Source: an uncultured Prevotellaceae bacterium
GTDB taxonomy: Bacteria > Bacteroidota > Bacteroidia > Bacteroidales > Bacteroidaceae
Direction: 5' to 3'
Assembly: GCA_902799455.1 (NCBI GenBank)
Contig: CADCAX010000007.1
Location: forward strand, 1,444 to 65,443
Length of the DNA: 64,000 bases
The position numbers were made by a program, and so were the translations under genes. Shown piece after piece: positions 58,019 to 64,000 of this stretch. Position 1 is the first letter of the stretch, and each line of letters begins with the position of its first letter. The notes beneath the pieces were generated by a model. It saw nothing but the letters and a program-made list of their open reading frames with translations. It ran no database searches and was not told the DNA's origin.

Positions 58019-60951
58019 CTATTTCTCTCGTTGCAGCGTGACTGCCATCAGGCCTATTACGACATCGTTAGAAAAGGTGCGTACAGTGAGGTCTTGCAAT
58101 GTTTTATGACTATTGAGAGGCATATCAAGGATAATGCCTGCTCCTTTCTCTAAAGAGCGGTCGTTATAGCTGCCTGCAATGCCAGAAACGACAGGACGGC
58201 CATAGCGCTCACCCATAGGCATCAATTGGCGTGTAACACGGGCTGTGGCGAAGTCAATGCGATAGGGACGCGGCTGTGCAGCATGAAAGGCTAAACCGTC
58301 TTCATAATAGTCTTGCTCTATGGGACACCAGTTATGAGGATTCTGAAGATGGAGGGTATCGGAGCTCCCATCAGTATAGCGCACTACGACGAGCCCGTTG
58401 TCAATATGGCTTTGCATATAATTGGTAGAACCTGCCATCAGGAGATAAGCGTGAGAGGCACTGCCTGACAACGGCACTGTGGCAGCATCAGGATAGTTAT
58501 CCCACAACGAAGTATATACGATGTTATTTCCCTTTTTCGCATAGCGGAAGGGTATGCCGAGACTGTCTCAGCCATCGCCTCTGGATGACACCAGTCGCCA
58601 ATGCCGTGGACAGGTATCTGGAGAGTGGTATATGGCGAACGCGGCGTGAGGTATGAATTCTTAAAAATATCGCTGACACTTGAGTTCCACAGGGCATCCA
58701 TCGTTACTGGCTCCAACAGGTTACATTGTACATCGTCAAAATTATTACCCCATGTTCTGTTATCAACATGATTGGCTGTAATCAGGGGCTTTGGAGCATT
58801 CACCCGCTTTACGCAAGGCACCACGAAGGTTTGCTTTTTCTCACTGCTGCCAAGTGTTTCGACATAGCCGCCATCACCTGCATTCTGGCGTAACACAATC
58901 TGCAGAGGCTGAGCAAAATTCTGTTCCACCTCATATATATCCTTACCACCTTCACGACGGAAAGAATACTTAAAATAGGGTGTCGCGATGCTTGCCTCTT
59001 TCCAATCGGCAGGGAACCCTGGACGCAGGATACAACACCCTTGCAGGGCATTGGGAATGATGCCATAGAGACCTTGTATGAAGGTGCGAGCCGAAATACC
59101 GCAATTGTCGGAGAAGTCGCGGTAGAGTTCACCACGTGCCTTGTCATAATAGCTTATCTGTCCGAAATTGCCTGGGCTGCCTCCCAGATAAGCCTGATCC
59201 ATGACATTTGCTTTTATCAGGGCAAAACCTTCTTCATTACGTCCTGCCTGGAAATAACTCAGAGCCGTATGCATCACTTCTTCTGCTGCTACGTTATTGA
59301 TGCTCCAAGCATATGGCATCCAGTCAGTAGTGCTGATAGTTGAGAGTTGAGAGTTAAGGGTTGAGGGAATATTCTCTTTCTCCCACCTGACGGGAATATG
59401 TGGTATGCAGGAGTCAACATACTGAGTAGCCTGAAAGGCTTGTCGGGAAGTACATGCTCCGCAGTCGATAGGGATATATATACTCCAAAGGGCAGCATGA
59501 TCGTGTGTACGTTTCAGGCCCATAAAATCCTGATATTCAGCCCAATGCCCACGTTTCTCAAGCCACAGTCGCTGGTTCATAGCGCGAAGTGTCTTGGCGG
59601 CTTCCTGCCTGTAATATGTAGGATCTTCACCAAGGATTTCCGCTATTCGTGCAGCAAGAGAAAATCCACGATAGTTATAGGCAGATGAGTGGGTAACCGC
59701 ACCACTGTTATAATATAATGCATCAGACGCCCAAATACAGCAATAGGCATCATAAAGTCCATCATCGTCTGGGTCGAAGCAACGCTTTTCCCATGCCAGA
59801 TGGAGTGTGAGCACAGGCCACATTTTTCGCATGAAGGCGGTGTCGGCGTCATACTCAAAATGCCACAGGAGTTCGTCGATGAAGTTGAGGTTCATGTCGT
59901 AGTGGTGCATGACATCCGTGCAGTTAGGATAGCGGCAGATATAGCCGTTGGAATACATCTGCGTGCCCCACTTCTTAATTCCTCGCGAGAGTCCTTTCTC
60001 GGGGTCGGGCGAAGGATGGGCGATGGTGGGTTCCACGTCGGTCACCTGGCTGTTGGCATAGGCGGAGAAATGGCTCTTTGCACGTTCGGGCATTCCGAGA
60101 ACATCACCGAGATATCCTGCACGCCAGCCATTGAGCTGCATACGCCATACCACAGCACCATGCAGCCAGGTCTCACCATCCCACGCACCATCGCTAGCGG
60201 CCATCAGGGCACCACCCAAAGTGTTGATATATGGGTCTGGGGTATTGAAGACAATATTGTTTGCAAGCCATTCATGGTGTTTCCATGCTTTATCAAACAG
60301 ACACTGTCCCTCAGGGAGGGTGGGATTAGACAAAGAATAAACACCACTATTGTCACAATATAATACAACAAATGATTTCCCCTTCCCTATTGTCCATTGG
60401 AGAAATTGTCTGTTGGTCTCAGCAGGAGAAGGATCAAAAGAGTCTGCAGGATCAGAATTCATATCTCCGGCACGTTGAAACTTAGGGCGCAGGATATCAC
60501 ACACTATGCATGAAAGAATGGCATCTTTAGGAAGTTTATACGGTTCAAACTGCCAGATAGCAGATTCGCTGTCAGGCTGTGCGAGGGCAGTGATAACGAG
60601 TCGTCCCTTACCCCAGCTTTTATCAGTTAGTATATATACACGTTTACCCGAATTATAACGAGACTCGCAATGGGTGGTCTTTTCTAACGGTATTGTCTTC
60701 CCCTCTATTGTCAGCGAGAAACGGATATTGCGATGACTGCGTTTACGGAAAGTTCCAAAAATAGGACGGTCACTTGTCTCTAAGCGAAAATCCGTATAAC
60801 CACCATACAGGGCACGAGTATAGCGGTTTTGCCCGTCATAGCACACTATATCGCGACCCTCGGGTTGGTAATGCAAGGTACGGACATTCTGTGCCGACAA
60901 AGAAATGAAAAAATAAAAAAATGAAAAAATGAAAACGGTCAATCTATTCAT
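58019..60951 (-). pseudogene. DUF4450-like secreted putative glycosidase, frameshifted at ~58565
   Basis: ORF 58438-60951 ('RYTRALYGG..FRLETSDRP', 'WRMQLNGWR', 'HHYDMNL', 'CIWASDALYY') continues after 'WCHPEAMAE' in another frame as 'LGIPFRYAKKGNNIVYTSLWDNYP...', which joins ORF 58019-58507. Confidence 0.75.
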
Positions 60952-60960
60952 TGTCTTTTC

Positions 60961-61878
60961 TTACCCACCGATGATGGTGGTATAGCCGTGTGATTGGAAC
61001 TGAGCTACGCAACGCTGCAGGGTTTCGTCACTAGGGGCCGACATAGCGATGCCTTCGGGATTGAAAACGGACCATAGGCGGCGATGTTTGTCGCGCCCTA
61101 CGTCATGATATGGCAGGAGGTTGATACCACACAGTCCATCATGACTGGGAAGACTGTCAAGGAAGGTTGCGGTGGCCTCGATATTTGCCTCGTCGGCATT
61201 GATGCCTTCAATAAGGGGTATCCGCACGAAAAATGGCGTGCCAAGTTCTGAAAGCATACGCAGGTTACTGAGTATGAGGTCATTGGGAACTCCCGTATAA
61301 CGACGATGGAGGTCGGAGTCCATTATTTTCACATCCACAAGAAACAGTTCACAATGACGTGCCACTTCGCGTACAATATCCTGAGAGGCAAAAAACGTGG
61401 TATCTACGGCACGATGTAGGCCACGACGTCCCAGTTCTTTCAAAATATCGAGGGTGGCCTGAGGTTGGAAAAGGGGTTCACCGCCACAAAGTGTCACTCC
61501 TCCCCCACTATCGGTCATGATGTCGCGTTCTTTCTCTATCTCACTCATCAAGTCGTCCATACTCCACTCCTTTCCACACATCTCCAAGGCAAGTGTAGGA
61601 CATTCTTCGGCACAACGTCCACAGCGCAGACATTCCACTCCTTCGACGGGACGTATACCAGAGGTTATAAGCTGAATAGCACCCTGCGGACATGCTTTGA
61701 CACACGACTGGCAACCAATGCATTTGGTCTTTTTGTACGTCTTATGAGGAAGTATATCCCACGATTCCGGATTATGGCACCACACACAACGCAGGGGGCA
61801 GCCGCTGAAGAATATGGTAGTGCGGATGCCAGGCCCATCATTGATGGCGTAGCGCTTTATGTCAAAAACGAGAGACAA
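60961..61878 (-). CDS. Glycyl-radical enzyme activating protein (radical SAM with ferredoxin insert)
   Basis: 'DGPGIRTTIFFSGCPLRCVWCHNPES', two CxxCxxCxxxCP clusters, 'GGVTLCGGEP'. Confidence 0.95.
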   Translation of the reverse strand: MSLVFDIKRYAINDGPGIRTTIFFSGCPLRCVWCHNPESWDILPHKTYKKTKCIGCQSCVKACPQGAIQLITSGIRPVEGVECLRCGRCAEECPTLALEMCGKEWSMDDLMSEIEKERDIMTDSGGGVTLCGGEPLFQPQATLDILKELGRRGLHRAVDTTFFASQDIVREVARHCELFLVDVKIMDSDLHRRYTGVPNDLILSNLRMLSELGTPFFVRIPLIEGINADEANIEATATFLDSLPSHDGLCGINLLPYHDVGRDKHRRLWSVFNPEGIAMSAPSDETLQRCVAQFQSHGYTTIIGG

Positions 61879-61885
61879 TTATGAA

Positions 61886-64000
61886 TTATGAATTAAACTC
61901 CTCATTCTCGGTGCGAGCGATAATCTCGTTCTGCAGTTGTTCTGTCATATCGTTGAAGTAGTCAGAATATCCCGCCACACGTACCAGCAGGTCGCGATAG
62001 TTGTCAGGATGCTTCTGGGCATCGAGCAGCATCTCCGTATCCACGACATTGAACTGGATATGATGCCCACCGAACTTGAAGTATGTACGTATCATACTTG
62101 CGCACTTCCTCACGTCTTCGTCGCGTTTAAAGAGCTGTGGTGTGAAACGCACATTGAGCAGGGTTCCACCGCTCTTGGTCTGGTCGAGTTTTCCCAAAGA
62201 CTTAATGACAGCAGTAGGACCATGTGAGTCGCTGCCATGAGCTGGCGACGTACCGTCGCTGATGGCGAAGTGGGCAAAACGTCCATTAGGTGTTGCGCCA
62301 CATACCGAGCCAAAGTAATTGTGGCATGTGGTGGAAAGCATATTGAGATGAGTCTTCCCGCCTCGTGTATTAGGACGGCCCTCGATTGCTTTCACAAGGT
62401 CTTCATATACCCGCACGGCAATGTTATCGGCATATTCATCATCATTACCGAAGAAAGGCGTATGGTTGCGAATATAAAGGCGCATGGGTTCCGCCTGCAC
62501 CCAGTTAGTATTGCAGGCCTCGAGCATCTGATCCATCGTGTAACGCTTATCCTCGAACACGTGTTTCTTCAAAGTGGTAAAGCAGTCGGTAATGGTACCC
62601 AGTCCCGTACATTGGATATAAGTGGTATTATAACGGGCACCACCGCTATAATAGTCGCGTCCCTTCTCTATGCAGTCATCAATATAGAGGCTCAGGAATG
62701 TTGCTGGAGCATAGAGCGAGAACATACGCTCGATATAGTTATTTACGGAGAGTTTAAGGTTTACGAAATATTCCATCTGCCGATGCCAGGCATCGTAGAG
62801 TTCCTCGAAAGTCGCAAAAGTGCGAGGGTCTCCAGTCTCCAGACCCAGTTTCTTTCCCGTTTCAGGATCTATGCCGTTGTTCAGCGTAATCTCCAGAATC
62901 TTCGGGGTATTGAGGTATCCCGTCAACAGATATGCCTCCTTTCCGAATGCTCCCACCTCGATACATCCGGAGCAGCCTCCCTCACGGGCATCCTCTATAG
63001 TCTTGCCGGCACGTGTCATCTCTTTGACATAGGTATCAGAATTGAAGATGCTGGGGTATCCGTGTCCAAGGCGTATGACCTTCAGTCCTGCCATCAGGAA
63101 ATCATCTGGGGTGTTCTGGGCTATGTGGATACTGAGACCAGGCTGTAATTGGTGAAGTTCTTCCTGTATCTCAAGAATCATGTATGACAGTTCGTTGACA
63201 CCACTGTTGCCGTCACGATCCACGCCACCGATGTTGATATTGGTGAAGTCGTTGTATGTTCCAGACTCCAAAGCCGTTACGCCCACCTTCGGAGGTGCAG
63301 GCTGATTGTTGAACTTTATCCACAGGCACGACAGCAGTTCCTTTGCCTCGTCACGTGTCAGGGTGCCGTCGGCAAGTCCTTTCTGATAGAAGGGATACAG
63401 GTGTTGGTCAATATGGCCCGGATTCATGGAGTCCCATCCGTTCAGTTCTGTCACCGTACCAAGGTGAACGAACCAATACATCTGTATAGCCTCCCACATA
63501 TCGCGTGGAGCATGAGCCGGCACCCAACGGCATACGTCGGCAATCTTCTTCAGTTCCTTTATACGCTGATCGAGCGAGGGGTCTCCTGATTCTTCACTCT
63601 TCACTCTTAACTCTTCACTTAACTTCTCTGCCAGTTCTGCATGACGCTCTGCAAACAGTATCGCAGCATCACACGAGATGGCCATTGCCTCCAGTTCCTG
63701 CTGCTTGTCAGTAGCCTCTGGGTCATTAATATAGTCGAGTTCCTTTATGCGCTGTTCTATGCGCGATTTCACGTCCAGAAGTCCCTCGTGGTACATCTTT
63801 CCGTCCATAGCAGTATGACCTGCTGCACGCTGTTCCATGAACTCCGTGAAAACACCTGCATGGTATGCCTCTTCCCATTCTTTGGACACATGGTTGAAGA
63901 TGCGTTCGCGCTGGGTCTTGCCAGCCCAATAGGGAATAACCTCGCGCTCATAGGTGTCGATGTCTTCCTGAGAAATGTGGTAGCTCTGCAGCTCACGGGT
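61886..64000 (-). CDS. hypD: Glycyl radical enzyme, trans-4-hydroxy-L-proline dehydratase-like (starts beyond the window)
   Basis: Frame is open to base 64000. Gly loop 'LVRVAGYSDYF'; Cys loop 'SGCIE'; HypD-like segments 'AAGH', 'ELNGWD', 'ESGTYNDF', 'LTGY', 'STTCH'. Confidence 0.8.
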   Translation of the reverse strand, partial: TRELQSYHISQEDIDTYEREVIPYWAGKTQRERIFNHVSKEWEEAYHAGVFTEFMEQRAAGHTAMDGKMYHEGLLDVKSRIEQRIKELDYINDPEATDKQQELEAMAISCDAAILFAERHAELAEKLSEELRVKSEESGDPSLDQRIKELKKIADVCRWVPAHAPRDMWEAIQMYWFVHLGTVTELNGWDSMNPGHIDQHLYPFYQKGLADGTLTRDEAKELLSCLWIKFNNQPAPPKVGVTALESGTYNDFTNINIGGVDRDGNSGVNELSYMILEIQEELHQLQPGLSIHIAQNTPDDFLMAGLKVIRLGHGYPSIFNSDTYVKEMTRAGKTIEDAREGGCSGCIEVGAFGKEAYLLTGYLNTPKILEITLNNGIDPETGKKLGLETGDPRTFATFEELYDAWHRQMEYFVNLKLSVNNYIERMFSLYAPATFLSLYIDDCIEKGRDYYSGGARYNTTYIQCTGLGTITDCFTTLKKHVFEDKRYTMDQMLEACNTNWVQAEPMRLYIRNHTPFFGNDDEYADNIAVRVYEDLVKAIEGRPNTRGGKTHLNMLSTTCHNYFGSVCGATPNGRFAHFAISDGTSPAHGSDSHGPTAVIKSLGKLDQTKSGGTLLNVRFTPQLFKRDEDVRKCASMIRTYFKFGGHHIQFNVVDTEMLLDAQKHPDNYRDLLVRVAGYSDYFNDMTEQLQNEIIARTENEEFNS

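Noticed and set aside
57811-58109. Short plus-strand ORFs with repeated peptides (EHMFK / NICSR)
   Set aside because: They are translations of the 21-bp DNA repeat with no independent coding evidence.
63726-63996. Apparent frameshift at the 5' end of the glycyl radical enzyme
   Set aside because: The main frame is open to the window edge (TRELQSYHISQEDIDTYERE...). The short ORFs are alternative-frame shadows.

Overview
This is a chromosomal window from a Bacteroidales bacterium, most likely Prevotella-like, judging by TTTG-N~20-TAnnTTTG promoters, T9SS C-terminal domains and gene content. Housekeeping genes are truA, pheT, yebC, rpe, infC-rpmI-rplT, trkA/trkH, dxs and asd. Plant-glycan genes include a GH28-GH105 fusion, GH3 Xyl3A plus a CE1 esterase, GH51, a DUF4353 beta-helix protein and a DUF4450-like protein. 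There is also an AraC-associated L-galactose/L-fucose-type oxidative catabolism operon with a GH29, and a HypD-type glycyl radical enzyme with its activase. A ~7.3 kb AT-rich element (20143-27408) is integrated at the T-loop/3' end of tRNA-Ser(CGA). It carries xis-int, a long-hairpin 5' leader in front of four unknown secreted proteins, and a YoeB/Txe toxin whose antitoxin has lost its N-terminus. Other notable signals: pervasive heptamer arrays that supply stop codons, invade coding sequence in frame and form a duplicated composite element; a small T9SS protein paired with a CTD-less partner that shares its N-terminal module; two secreted proteins with closely similar dockerin-like C-termini; and two genes broken by apparent internal deletions. 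All assignments come from reading the sequence and motifs by eye; no searches were run.
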